Part shown: positions 25,729-34,948 of the stretch, one piece after another
Layout of the letters: every line of letters begins with the position of its first letter
Numbering within the stretch: the stretch's first letter is position 1
From: a virus
Lineage: Duplodnaviria; Caudoviricetes
DNA: 52,676 nucleotides
Reading direction: 5' to 3' (one strand)
Virus record (IMG/VR): IMGVR_UViG_3300043384_000025
Coordinates: 1 to 52,676 of that record
Made by a program: the position numbers and the translations under genes
The notes under the pieces: generated by a model
Database searches by the model: none
Told to the model about the DNA's origin: nothing
Seen by the model: only the letters and a program-made list of their open reading frames with translations

Positions 25729-26063
25729 CCAGCGAGGCCTGCAGCGGCCCCCAGTGCAGTCGCCCGGCGCGGGTGCGCGGGTACTGCCTGGCGCACTACC
25801 GGCAGCTACTTCGCAGGCGCAAAGGCAAGCGCGCCCCGAAGCTTGTCCCGCTGCGAGCCCAGCGACTGGGGGATGCTCGCCTGGTGCAGCTCTCGGTGAA
25901 GGTCACCCGAGCCTGCGTGGCCGAGCTCGACGACGTGCAGCCGGAGCGCAGCGGCACCGCGAGGCTCGTGCTCGAGGCGTGGGCGATGCGCCGCCGGGCG
26001 GAGCGCGAAGCGGAGCTCCTCGCCGCCCCGGACCCAGGGCCGCTGCTCCGGTCGCGCCGGTAG
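25725..26063 (+). CDS. Zn-finger plus RHH-like protein, paralog of the upstream gene
   Basis: CSGPQC...GYCLAH; LSVKVTRACVAEL...RLVLEAWA. Confidence 0.65.
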   Translation: MTSEACSGPQCSRPARVRGYCLAHYRQLLRRRKGKRAPKLVPLRAQRLGDARLVQLSVKVTRACVAELDDVQPERSGTARLVLEAWAMRRRAEREAELLAAPDPGPLLRSRR

Positions 26064-26072
26064 AAACGGCGA

Positions 26073-26109
26073 AGAGCCCGCTCCCTCACGCGAGGGGGCG
26101 GGCTCTCTT
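26073..26109. terminator. Strong hairpin between convergent accessory and late operons
   Basis: AGAGCCCGCTCCCTC-ACGC-GAGGGGGCGGGCTCT, a 15-bp stem with one G-U pair. Confidence 0.7.
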
Positions 26110-26140
26110 GGAGAGGCGAGATGGATGTCGAGGCCGACCG

Positions 26141-28192
26141 CTAGCGTTGCCTGATGGGACTCACGCGCTTCGATTCCGATCGAAGCGAGATCCTCGAGCC
26201 GGAGCGCAGCGAATACGTCGGTTGGCCGCGCAGGTGGCGCATGGCATTCACCTCCCGCAGCGAGGGTGCGACGGCCACGACGAGCACTGCGGCCGACGGC
26301 GCCGGCGCGCTAGGAGGGTTCGAGGGGGCGCCGGCAGTGTGAGCGGCCGCGCTCACGCCGCCGCTCATGGCAATCCGGGTCGTCAGCGCGAGAGCCGCCT
26401 GAGAGCTGGACATCGCGCCCAGGGACGTCATTGCGCTTGTTTGCCCGGTCAGGTCTGCCGCGGCAACGCACACAGCGGTCGCGGCACCCGCGAGCGAGAT
26501 CGCCGTCGAGAGAGTCCCGGCGATAGCGCTCGGCCGGCTCGACTCGAGCGAGATCGCCGTGGTGAGGGAGGCCGAAGCGGAGCTCTGCGCGACGACCCCG
26601 CCGGCCAGGTGGATCTCGGTGACGAGCGAGGCCGTCGCGGCGCTGGACGCGGTCGTGGTGCCAGTGAGCGGGATCGCCGTGCTGAGCGAGGCACCCGGCG
26701 ATGCTGCGGCGAAGACTGCGTCCGCGAGCGGGAGAGCCGTGGTGAGCGATGCCGCGGCGGAGCTCGACTCCAACACCGCGCCGGCGAGCGGGATCGCGGT
26801 GGTGAGGGCGGCGCCGGTCGAGGTTTGCGCGACCGCGGTGCCGACGACGGGGATCGCCGTGGTGAGCACCGCCACGGCCAAGCTCGGGACGGCAACCGAC
26901 GCGGCGAGTTGGACCGACGTGGTGAGCGCGGCCAACGCGGAGCTCGGTGCCGTGACAACGCCCACGAGCGAGACGGCTGTGCTCAGCGCCGCGCCTGACG
27001 TGGCTTGTACGGTCGCAGCGCCCGCGACCGGAATCCCCGTGCTCAGCGCGGCCGACGCGCTCGCTTGCGCGGCATCCGCACCGCCGAACCGGATCGCCGT
27101 GGATAGCGCAGCCGCGGCGGAGCTCGTCGCCACGACCGCGGCGGCGATGGGGATCGCCGTGCTCAGCGCACAGGCCGCGGAGCTTGGCGCAACGACCCCG
27201 ACCGCCAGCTGAACCGCCGTGGAGAGCGCGCCACCTGCCACAGCCGAGGTCGCGGCCGAGCCAACCAGGGCGGCCGGGACCGAGAGCGCCGCCGACGCGA
27301 CGCCCGACGAAGCGGCCCCGCCCGCGAACCGGATCGCGGTGACGAGACTGGCGGCCGCCGAAGCAGGTGCGACCACCGCGCCCGCGAGCGCGACGGCCGT
27401 GCTCAGGGTGCCACCCGGCGAGCTCGACGCGGCGACTACGTCCGCAAGCGGGATCGCCGTGCTCAGTGCGCCGTGGGACGAGGCCTGCGCCGCGACGCCG
27501 CCGGCGACGGGAATCGATGTGGTGAGCGCGGCCGTCGCCGAAGCTTGTGAGGTCGCCGCGCCCGCGAGTTGGATCGCAGTGGTGAGGGCCGCGCCTGCAC
27601 CCGCCGAGGCGACGATCGCGCCGGCCAAGGCAGCGGGTACCGACAGCGCGCCAGCGGGTGACCCTTGCGCCGCCGCGGTTCCGGCGAGTTGGATCGCCGT
27701 CGAGAGGCCCGCGGCTGCGGTGCTCGGCGCCGTCGCCGCGCCGGCGAGCGGGATCCCGGTCGAGAGCGCGCCGCTCGCCGTGGCTGTGGTGGCAGGCGCG
27801 CCTGCGAGCTGGATCGCCGTCCCGAGCGCGCCTGACGTGGCGGACGACGCGGTGCTCGCCCCGACGAGTTGGACGGCTGTCGACAGCGCCGCCGCTGGGG
27901 TGCTCGTGCCGGCCGCGGCGCCGGCGAGCGCGATCTGGGTCGTGAGCGCCGCGCCAGCCTGGGCGAGCGCCACCGCGGGGCCCACCAGTGCGACCGAGGT
28001 AGAGAGCGCGCCCGCGACCGAGCAGGCGGTCGCGGCGCCCCCGGCGAGCGAGGTGTCCGCCGACGCCGACTGATTGCGGTCGGCTGCGCTGGTCCACGGC
28101 GCCGACGACGGCACCATTAGGGCCCGTTGCTGCCCGAACGGCGTCGCATTGGCGACCGCGTTGAGCGCTACCGTGGAGTGCAGCCAGACCAT
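26141..28192 (-). CDS. Ala/Thr/Ser-rich tandem-repeat protein (fibre-like)
   Basis: About 25 units of about 22 aa (LSTAIPLAGAAxAxSSAxAA). Confidence 0.75.
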   Translation of the reverse strand: MVWLHSTVALNAVANATPFGQQRALMVPSSAPWTSAADRNQSASADTSLAGGAATACSVAGALSTSVALVGPAVALAQAGAALTTQIALAGAAAGTSTPAAALSTAVQLVGASTASSATSGALGTAIQLAGAPATTATASGALSTGIPLAGAATAPSTAAAGLSTAIQLAGTAAAQGSPAGALSVPAALAGAIVASAGAGAALTTAIQLAGAATSQASATAALTTSIPVAGGVAAQASSHGALSTAIPLADVVAASSSPGGTLSTAVALAGAVVAPASAAASLVTAIRFAGGAASSGVASAALSVPAALVGSAATSAVAGGALSTAVQLAVGVVAPSSAACALSTAIPIAAAVVATSSAAAALSTAIRFGGADAAQASASAALSTGIPVAGAATVQATSGAALSTAVSLVGVVTAPSSALAALTTSVQLAASVAVPSLAVAVLTTAIPVVGTAVAQTSTGAALTTAIPLAGAVLESSSAAASLTTALPLADAVFAAASPGASLSTAIPLTGTTTASSAATASLVTEIHLAGGVVAQSSASASLTTAISLESSRPSAIAGTLSTAISLAGAATAVCVAAADLTGQTSAMTSLGAMSSSQAALALTTRIAMSGGVSAAAHTAGAPSNPPSAPAPSAAVLVVAVAPSLREVNAMRHLRGQPTYSLRSGSRISLRSESKRVSPIRQR

Positions 28193-28198
28193 CTCGGC

Positions 28199-28648
28199 CT
28201 ATTCGCCCCAGACGACGTAGCCGTTGAGGACTGACCCGGCGGATGCACCTTCGTTCCAGACGACGAGCCAATCCGTCGGGGTGGCGGAGCGCACGAAGAG
28301 CCCCTCGGGCCACACCCAGATCAGCGAAGCGCCGATCGTCGCGGGCAGCATGAAGCGGCGCATTCGGCTCGCCGCGGTCACGGTGGGCAGCGTCGTCCAC
28401 GCGGTGTCGACGAGGGAGGTGCCCGCGGCCGCCGCCTGATTCTGCGCCTGGCCGACAGAGCTCGAGGCCGAGGCCGCGTAACCCGCGGCCGTGTTTCGAA
28501 GCAAGCTGATCGGCGAGGCCGTCGCCGCATTGCACGACAGCCCCATCTCGATGATCTTGGACATGCGCGTCGGCGCGCGAAACGCGAAGTAAGCCGCGCC
28601 CGCGGCCGCTGCCGCGCTCTGAAAGCCAATCTCGTAGTTTGTCGCCAT
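28199..28648 (-). CDS. Hypothetical virion-associated protein
   Basis: MATNYEIG... beta-rich ORF in the late operon. Confidence 0.65.
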   Translation of the reverse strand: MATNYEIGFQSAAAAAGAAYFAFRAPTRMSKIIEMGLSCNAATASPISLLRNTAAGYAASASSSVGQAQNQAAAAGTSLVDTAWTTLPTVTAASRMRRFMLPATIGASLIWVWPEGLFVRSATPTDWLVVWNEGASAGSVLNGYVVWGE

Positions 28649-28653
28649 TGCGG

Positions 28654-29097
28654 TCAGTCGAGCGAGAACGTCAGGGTGCCGATGCCGAACGAAGGCGCGG
28701 GGTCGCCGTTGTTCACGGTCTTCGGCTGCGTGAGCGCGGTCGTGGGCACGATCAGATTGCCGCCGCTCGCCGCATCGAGGATCGCGAAGTGCGTGATGGC
28801 GCCCCAGGCCGCGCTGGGCGTCGGGAACGTGATCGTACCGTTGTTGCTCGTCGCGCCGCCGGTCCCCGTGCTCGCCGTGGTCGATCCGGCGCTCTGCGTG
28901 CCGGCCCACCCGGCGAGCGTCTTCGGAATGAGGACGCGCGCATAGCTGCCGCCGCTGACCTCGGTGCCGCCGCCCGCGTCAGTGCCCGCCGCCGTGAAGA
29001 GCGCGGCGTACAGCGCGACCGGCGCAGTGAAGGTCTGCCCGCGGAAGATTGCATCGATGAGCATGTTCTCAACGTAGTCGCTGAAACCACCGGCCAT
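28654..29097 (-). CDS. Conserved virion structural protein (tail-fibre associated)
   Basis: SDYVEN...LYAALFTA...GGTEVSGGSYARV...ITFPTPSAAWGAITHFAILDAASGGNL. Confidence 0.75.
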   Translation of the reverse strand: MAGGFSDYVENMLIDAIFRGQTFTAPVALYAALFTAAGTDAGGGTEVSGGSYARVLIPKTLAGWAGTQSAGSTTASTGTGGATSNNGTITFPTPSAAWGAITHFAILDAASGGNLIVPTTALTQPKTVNNGDPAPSFGIGTLTFSLD

Positions 29098-29366
29098 GGT
29101 GCTGCTCCTCTGGGGCTTTCGCCCCGGTTTACCTGCTCCCCAGCAGTTCTCCGATTGCCAGGAACTCGCCGAACTCGTAGTCGATGTCGAAGAACCATTC
29201 GGTGTCGAAGGGCCACCAATGGCTCTCCGACCACCAATGCCCCGAGGCGCAGAAGTACACGAGCACGCGCGGGCAATCGGCACCGACGAGGCGGCCCAGC
29301 TCGCCCAGGGTCCACCCTTCGGGCTCGCCGCACCGCGGGCATCTCTCGGCGTTCACCGAGCCCGAC

Positions 29367-29960
29367 CTAGAACTGGTGCAAAGCGCGCCAGGCTCGCGCG
29401 CGGTCCAGCGGAGTGACGGGGTCGGCGACGGGGCTGGGCGGGGCCTCGGACAGTAGTCCCTGCGCGGTGCTGGCCTTCGGCGAACTCCACGCGATGTACG
29501 TGTCCACCGCGCATTTTGCGACAGGGCCGAACTTGAGCAGGACCGCGTCGAGCAGCCCGAGGTAGTTCCCGGATTCGACGGCCGACGTGACCTCCAGGAA
29601 TGCGTCCACGGCCTGGAGGCCACAGGCCTTGACCTCCATGGGGACCACCACGACGGCCTTCGAGAATAGAGCACACGCCGTGAGCCCCCCGAGGAGCGGC
29701 AGCGTCAGCACGCCCACGACGAGCACCTTCGCGACGGTGCGCATCCCCGGGCTCGCGAGCCCCAGCACGGTGCCCAGCGCACTGACGACGGCGAATGCCA
29801 CGACAAAGCCGTGCACGTTGGGGTATTGCAGGACGAGCGCGCCGAGCACGGCAGCGATTGCCATGTAGCCGAGCGCCAACCTCGGCATCCATGCCGGCGG
29901 GAGCCAGGGGGTGCCGGTAGGCGAAACGGGAAGGGTCACGGGGGTCTGGTCATCTGCCAT
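29367..29960 (-). CDS. Membrane protein of the lysis module (holin-like)
   Basis: Three hydrophobic helices and a possible lipobox LTAC; adjacent to the endolysin. Confidence 0.65.
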   Translation of the reverse strand: MADDQTPVTLPVSPTGTPWLPPAWMPRLALGYMAIAAVLGALVLQYPNVHGFVVAFAVVSALGTVLGLASPGMRTVAKVLVVGVLTLPLLGGLTACALFSKAVVVVPMEVKACGLQAVDAFLEVTSAVESGNYLGLLDAVLLKFGPVAKCAVDTYIAWSSPKASTAQGLLSEAPPSPVADPVTPLDRARAWRALHQF

Positions 29961-29976
29961 TCGGAGGTCTCCTCAA

Positions 29977-30513
29977 TCAATGCAATGGGGGTACGTGCAG
30001 CACGTCCAGCGCCCTCGCGTAGTAGGCGTCGCGCTGCGCCTTGCCGTTCAACCCGCCGTTGATGCGGCGGGTGATGCGGTCGAAGTCGTTCGCATCGGCC
30101 AGGGCGTTGAGCCCGCGCGTGCGCCAATACCAGCCGGCCACGCGGAACCCGACCTCCCGCTCGGCGGCGAGCTCCGGCTGCGTCTCCAGGTTCACGCCCA
30201 GGGCGTCGCCGGCGGCGCGGTAGTTTGCGCGGCCCGTGAGCTGGATCGGCCCGCGGCCCTTGAACTTGGGGCCGTCGCCTGGGAAGACGTTGCCCAGGTC
30301 CCTGCGCCCCTCGTAGGCCGCGCCGCTCGCGCCCTCGACCCAGGCGCGCAGCTCGCGCGACTCGTGCGCCAGCTGCGCGAGGAAGGCCGCTGCTCGCCGC
30401 GGGGTCGCGATGCTCGCCTCGATCATGGCCTCCGCGAGGAGTGGCAGGTAGAGCCCCGCCTTCTCGAGCGACAGGGTGGGCATGATCTCGCACAGCTGTC
30501 CGAGGCTCAGCAT
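29977..30513 (-). CDS. Endolysin, glycoside hydrolase family 19
   Basis: FLAQLAHES, FKGRGPIQLTGRANY, ITRRINGGLNG. Confidence 0.93.
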   Translation of the reverse strand: MLSLGQLCEIMPTLSLEKAGLYLPLLAEAMIEASIATPRRAAAFLAQLAHESRELRAWVEGASGAAYEGRRDLGNVFPGDGPKFKGRGPIQLTGRANYRAAGDALGVNLETQPELAAEREVGFRVAGWYWRTRGLNALADANDFDRITRRINGGLNGKAQRDAYYARALDVLHVPPLH

Positions 30514-30520
30514 GGCGCGC

Positions 30521-30796
30521 TCAGCATGGCGGTTCCTTCTCGGGCACTGGGCGAGGCCGGTGCCGGTGCAATACGCAGAATTGGTTGCGGCGCACGAATG
30601 CGGTCGCGAGCCGAGCGCCCGCGTCAATCATGTCCCCCTCATAGTCGCCAGCCGAGACCATGGGGGGCTCGCTACGCATGAGGAGCTCGGCCTGTACCTC
30701 GACCGCCGTGAGGTAGGCCTTCAGCGTCTGGCGGACCGACGGTGCCAGCGCTGCGCCAGGGGCCCCGCGTCTCCTGGTCGCGTGCCTCCTGCTCAT
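30521..30796 (-). CDS. Hypothetical protein
   Basis: Coupled ORF in the lysis region. Confidence 0.45.
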   Translation of the reverse strand: MSRRHATRRRGAPGAALAPSVRQTLKAYLTAVEVQAELLMRSEPPMVSAGDYEGDMIDAGARLATAFVRRNQFCVLHRHRPRPVPEKEPPC

Positions 30797-31212
30797 CGCT
30801 TCCCTTTCTGCTGCTGTACGGCTTCGGCGTAGTCCTTCATCGCCTTGGTGTTTTCCTTGATCGCGTCTTTCATGGCGTCCAAGGATGCCTTCATCATCTC
30901 GCTCGTCTTGTCGCTCGTCTTCTCGGACGAGGTAATCATCCGTTCAGTCAGCCTCTCGTAGGCCGCCCGCTGCTCCTTGGACTGCTCGGCGGCGTTCTTG
31001 GCCTGCCAGACGATCAGCGTCCCGAAGCCGCCGAGAGCCACGCAAAGAGCGATGACCGCCCGGAGACCGGCGTCCGCGCGTGAGTAGTCCCGGGCGCGCT
31101 TGCCCGGCTTCTCGAGCATCGGCCCCAGGAACCGCTCGGCGAGCCGACCCGCGAGACCGAGCTTCGGGGAATGCGCCGGCTCGGGCTCCGGCGGCTTGAT
31201 CTCATCGGCCAC
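30793..31212 (-). CDS. Single-TM coiled-coil protein (holin or spanin-like)
   Basis: TM AVIALCVALGGFGTLIVW followed by a coiled coil. Confidence 0.65.
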   Translation of the reverse strand: MADEIKPPEPEPAHSPKLGLAGRLAERFLGPMLEKPGKRARDYSRADAGLRAVIALCVALGGFGTLIVWQAKNAAEQSKEQRAAYERLTERMITSSEKTSDKTSEMMKASLDAMKDAIKENTKAMKDYAEAVQQQKGKR

Positions 31213-31534
31213 GGCGAGCCTCCGCCTCTCGCGCCCACGCCTTCATCGCGTCTATCCACTCCTGCTGGGCCACGTAGTCGGGTGCCGACAAGCACTCCCA
31301 GAACTGCTCCGGGCATCCCTTCGGCCGTCGCGTCACCACCTCCGGCTGGACCGGCGCAGGGCGGAGCCGTGGGACTGGCGGCGGATGGCGCGCTGCCGTC
31401 GGAGCCCAGCATTCGGCCGGCGCCGCGGGCTCTGGGACTGGGCACGTCGGCGGCGGACACGTGTTGGGCGCCTGGTGCGCGCAGGCCGAGAGGAGCAGCA
31501 CGGCGAGCGAGACGATGTGAGCAGCCGAGGTCAA
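31202..31534 (-). CDS. Pro-rich lipoprotein (o-spanin-like)
   Basis: Lipobox VLLLSAC, Pro-rich mature part; TTG start overlaps the upstream TGA. Confidence 0.6.
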   Translation of the reverse strand: MTSAAHIVSLAVLLLSACAHQAPNTCPPPTCPVPEPAAPAECWAPTAARHPPPVPRLRPAPVQPEVVTRRPKGCPEQFWECLSAPDYVAQQEWIDAMKAWAREAEARRGR

Positions 31535-31625
31535 TAGGAGATGGCCGGCGGGATCCACGGGGTGCCGGTCGGGGAGACTGCGGGGGTCGATTCGGTCTTC
31601 GATTCGTCGGACATTTGCGAGTCTC

Positions 31626-32723
31626 CTAGTTCGGCACATCCGCTGTAGTCCTGGCAGACTCCACCCAGTGGAGATCGTCCCACATTTCGAAAGAAATAGT
31701 CCTGCTGTATCCACTGGCAGGATTGGTCCATGCGGCCATCCTATACACCGAATCCCACGTCACGACCCCCAAGGCGCTTCCTGTGGTGTTTGAGATCGTC
31801 ACCGAAAAACGGCGCACCCCCGGCATTCTGCTAGGCGCGCCTACGGTGAAATCATGCGCGCTGCCGGGAGCAATCCAGAATACACTTCCTCGCGTCAAGT
31901 CAGGCGTCGCCAGATATCCATACGCGATTACGTCTGTCCAAGGCTCTGCATACGGCGCGTCCGGAGCGAGCAAGCCTAGCCTGGCAAACGCTATTTTGGT
32001 GAGCTTGGACAGTTCTGCATCGACTAGAAGCGGGTCCTGCGACGTGATGTTCAGGGACGACAGAAGCACCTCGTAGATCGTTCCCGCGAAACCCGCTATG
32101 TCGTCGTAGTGACATCCCACCTTCAGTACTGAATCTGTGGGTAATACCAGGGCGCCCACGGCTGAGACCATTGGCCCCCCATTGACTTTTACGGCATTCT
32201 GCACTGTCCAAGACCCCCATGATCCCATACACGCGAATGCCACTACGTTTGGAACGCCAGCGACCAAGGGCTCAGAGAACGCCGCTCCAGGGGCGTACCA
32301 TCGGACCTGCCGGTTTTCGTTGGCAACCAACTCCCACCCTGAGCTGGGCGACATATTCGATAGAAACATTGATACAAAAGGATGCACGTCGGCTGCCACT
32401 GGCGTCGCTACTACCACCCCCAGGAAATCCACCACGTCCGCCACGTCCACTCCAGTGCCCAGCTCGATGTGGTTGGCGCCAGAGAATAGCCGTGCACCGG
32501 CTGGCATGCGACCTTGAGGAGGCGAATAGGTGGGCCCTACTCCGACCGTCCTCCATTCGTTTCCCGCCAAATCGATGAGCGACCCGTTGCGCCAAATCAA
32601 ATGAATGAGCGTGGAGGCGTCGTCGGGAAGCAGCGGCTCCCCCATTGCGTACGAGTCCCCCGGGGCAGACCGACCTGGGCCGTACCCTGACGGAGGCGGC
32701 CGGTTACTGAATACCGTGCTCAT
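31626..32723 (-). CDS. LamG/ConA-like receptor-binding or tail fibre protein
   Basis: Beta-sandwich pattern ending LKVG...FAGTIYEV; markedly lower GC. Confidence 0.65.
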   Translation of the reverse strand: MSTVFSNRPPPSGYGPGRSAPGDSYAMGEPLLPDDASTLIHLIWRNGSLIDLAGNEWRTVGVGPTYSPPQGRMPAGARLFSGANHIELGTGVDVADVVDFLGVVVATPVAADVHPFVSMFLSNMSPSSGWELVANENRQVRWYAPGAAFSEPLVAGVPNVVAFACMGSWGSWTVQNAVKVNGGPMVSAVGALVLPTDSVLKVGCHYDDIAGFAGTIYEVLLSSLNITSQDPLLVDAELSKLTKIAFARLGLLAPDAPYAEPWTDVIAYGYLATPDLTRGSVFWIAPGSAHDFTVGAPSRMPGVRRFSVTISNTTGSALGVVTWDSVYRMAAWTNPASGYSRTISFEMWDDLHWVESARTTADVPN

Positions 32724-32724
32724 C

Positions 32725-33063
32725 TCAAATCCCCTTCCCGCTGACGATCACGGTCAGCGCGCCGGTGCCGCTGGTCTTCGTGTAGACCACTCGCAGGTAC
32801 GGCGCAGATGTCAGATTCAGGTCGAGCATGATGGTCCCGGCAGTGCCAGCGATCGAAGGGGCACCGCTCGTATCGAGCGCCGACCAACCGCTTCGGTCAT
32901 TGCTCACTTGGGCCGCGTACACCCCGACCGCATTGCCGGTCCAGGTCAGTTGGACCGCAACATTGTCGATCTGCTCAATAGCGACGACGCTGGAAACGAG
33001 CTCGGTCAGCGACATGTCGCCGGCCGAGATACATCTGATGGGGACCATCGCAAAACGACTCAT
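32725..33063 (-). CDS. Small beta-rich virion protein
   Basis: VQLTWTG...QVSND...W...PYLRVVYT. Confidence 0.6.
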   Translation of the reverse strand: MSRFAMVPIRCISAGDMSLTELVSSVVAIEQIDNVAVQLTWTGNAVGVYAAQVSNDRSGWSALDTSGAPSIAGTAGTIMLDLNLTSAPYLRVVYTKTSGTGALTVIVSGKGI

Positions 33064-33260
33064 TGGCGGTGCTCCTCTGCATGGTGCTCGACCTGCTCGA
33101 CAGCGCGGCCATACCACCCGTCGCGTTTCTTCACGGCATCGTCGAAGGCGCCCAGGCATGCCAGTAGATACGCGGCCAGGACGAAGTCGGGCGTGTTGGA
33201 CCCGTTCTCGGCTGAGAACCTGTTGAGCGCGGCTCTGATCTCATCTTCCAGACGTCCCAT
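33060..33260 (-). CDS. Small conserved phage protein
   Basis: GAGGAG RBS; LNRFSAENGSNTPDFVLAAYL...RDGWYG. Confidence 0.65.
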   Translation of the reverse strand: MGRLEDEIRAALNRFSAENGSNTPDFVLAAYLLACLGAFDDAVKKRDGWYGRAVEQVEHHAEEHRQ

Positions 33261-33418
33261 CGGGTCTCCTCGGCCAGCGTGCGGTGTCGTTGTCACCTGA
33301 GGTGTGTCGGACCACTTGGCGGCGGTTGACCCACCGCGGGGCCTCGGCGGACGCGGTGTTGGGACTTGGCATGGGGATGGCAGTGTCATTGGCTCGAGGC
33401 GCTTCGAGGAGACCGACG

Positions 33419-34027
33419 ATGCTGACTGCAACGCTGTGCGCCACGCTCCTGGGGCTGTCGACGGGCCAGACGGCGGAGTACACCAGGCAGGAACGGATTG
33501 AGTGCCCGGTCATCGATGTGGCCGAAAGGCACCGCTTCTATCCGAATGCCTCGTCGACTGCGCCCCGCTACCAGGAGCAGATCGCTAGATGCCTCACCAA
33601 GTGGCACGAGCGGGAGGTGATGTTGGCCGCAGCGAAGCAGGCCAAGAAGGAGCAGGCGCAGGCCATGAGGCGCTCCCTGGAGGATAGGGACGCTGCAGAG
33701 GCGCAAGCGAGGGAGGAGCAGGCGCAACGCAGACAGCGCGAGGATGAGGATCGCCGTGCCAGCGAGGCACGCGAGGCGGAACTTCGAAACGACCCCAAAT
33801 GGCGTCAGGCCGATCTCTCCAGAACCAGGTGCGCGTTCATCGTCGAACGCCGGGATGCCGTGAAGGAGATCGCGACCCAGAAGAAGTACTCGCGCTTGGG
33901 CGGCGTGATCGATCTGGGGTCGCTTGACCAGCAGCAACAAATCGTTCGTCGGGCCGACGAGCAGATCGCCGAGGCCAAGTCAGGCCTGGCGGAGATCGGG
34001 CTGCCGGCGATTGCCTGCGACAAGTAG
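33419..34027 (+). CDS. Secreted coiled-coil protein (moron-like, opposite strand)
   Basis: GAGGAG RBS, signal-peptide-like N-terminus, four Cys in the mature part. Confidence 0.65.
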   Translation: MLTATLCATLLGLSTGQTAEYTRQERIECPVIDVAERHRFYPNASSTAPRYQEQIARCLTKWHEREVMLAAAKQAKKEQAQAMRRSLEDRDAAEAQAREEQAQRRQREDEDRRASEAREAELRNDPKWRQADLSRTRCAFIVERRDAVKEIATQKKYSRLGGVIDLGSLDQQQQIVRRADEQIAEAKSGLAEIGLPAIACDK

Positions 34028-34095
34028 CCTCCTGTCGGCGGCAGCATGGCATGCGACAGACACCCCTCAAGGCTCGCCGCCAACATCCTGTCGCG

Positions 34096-34938
34096 TCACA
34101 CGAGCGCGAAGGCCGCCGCGAAGTACGCGATCGAGCTGCCCGCGGTGCCGCTGTATGAGGCCTCGAAGGAATACGTGTGCGCCGCATTGCTCGGCGTGTG
34201 AATGAAGTGGGGCTGATCTGCGAGTGTGAATGGCGCCGCCGCCGAGTTGTACCATTGCCAGCGGGCGATCTCGGTGCCGTCCATCATCAGTCGGATATCC
34301 AGCGTAGCGCCAGAGGCGATCGCAATTGAGGCGGCGTGTGCGCCATCCGGTTGCATCGAGCAAGACACGGGTCGCCCATTTGTCGCGAAGCTGCCTGAGG
34401 TCAAATTGGTGATCGCCGTCATCGACCCTGACCCTGTCGGAATGAAGATGTCGCACGACGCGCTTATGATCGCCGAGGGCACCGCGTGGTTCGTGGCCCA
34501 GTTCTGCGTCACTACGTCCTGGGCCTCGCCGTTCCTCGGGTCGGCCACGCCTCCGATCGGGAAGCCGTTGACGTGCACCTCGCCCGGCATGGCTTCGATG
34601 GACGCGCTGCCGGCGCTCGACAACTCCGCGTTGTGTCCGGCGACCGCCTCAATGCGAATGCCGTGCACTAGATTGCGGATGAACAGCAGCCCCGCCACGT
34701 CCTTCGTCAGCGTTTGGTCGCCCGAGCGCATGAACTTCAGCGGGTTCGCGTCGGTGAAGTCGTTCTCAACGCCGATGTCGGCCGCCTTGTCCTGCAGCCG
34801 GGCCAAGATGTCCGCTAGCTTCTTGAGTGGCGTGTTGACGCTCGCGGCAACAGGCGCGTCGGTTCCGACCGGGCACGAGATGACGGGGACTTCGCGGGCG
34901 GTGATTCCGGCGGGGTTCCCAGTGTAGTCGGATGGCAT
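34096..34938 (-). CDS. Tail fibre protein
   Basis: Follows baseplate genes; SVNTPLKKLAD N-terminus, GVADP...DVVT motif, beta-rich C-terminus. Confidence 0.7.
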   Translation of the reverse strand: MPSDYTGNPAGITAREVPVISCPVGTDAPVAASVNTPLKKLADILARLQDKAADIGVENDFTDANPLKFMRSGDQTLTKDVAGLLFIRNLVHGIRIEAVAGHNAELSSAGSASIEAMPGEVHVNGFPIGGVADPRNGEAQDVVTQNWATNHAVPSAIISASCDIFIPTGSGSMTAITNLTSGSFATNGRPVSCSMQPDGAHAASIAIASGATLDIRLMMDGTEIARWQWYNSAAAPFTLADQPHFIHTPSNAAHTYSFEASYSGTAGSSIAYFAAAFALV

Positions 34939-34948
34939 TGCGCTCCTC

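Noticed and set aside
28845-28861. 17-nt exact match to the middle of spacer 7
   Set aside because: It is very GC-rich and excludes the first 10 (seed) nt. Too weak to call self-targeting, though cheap to test.
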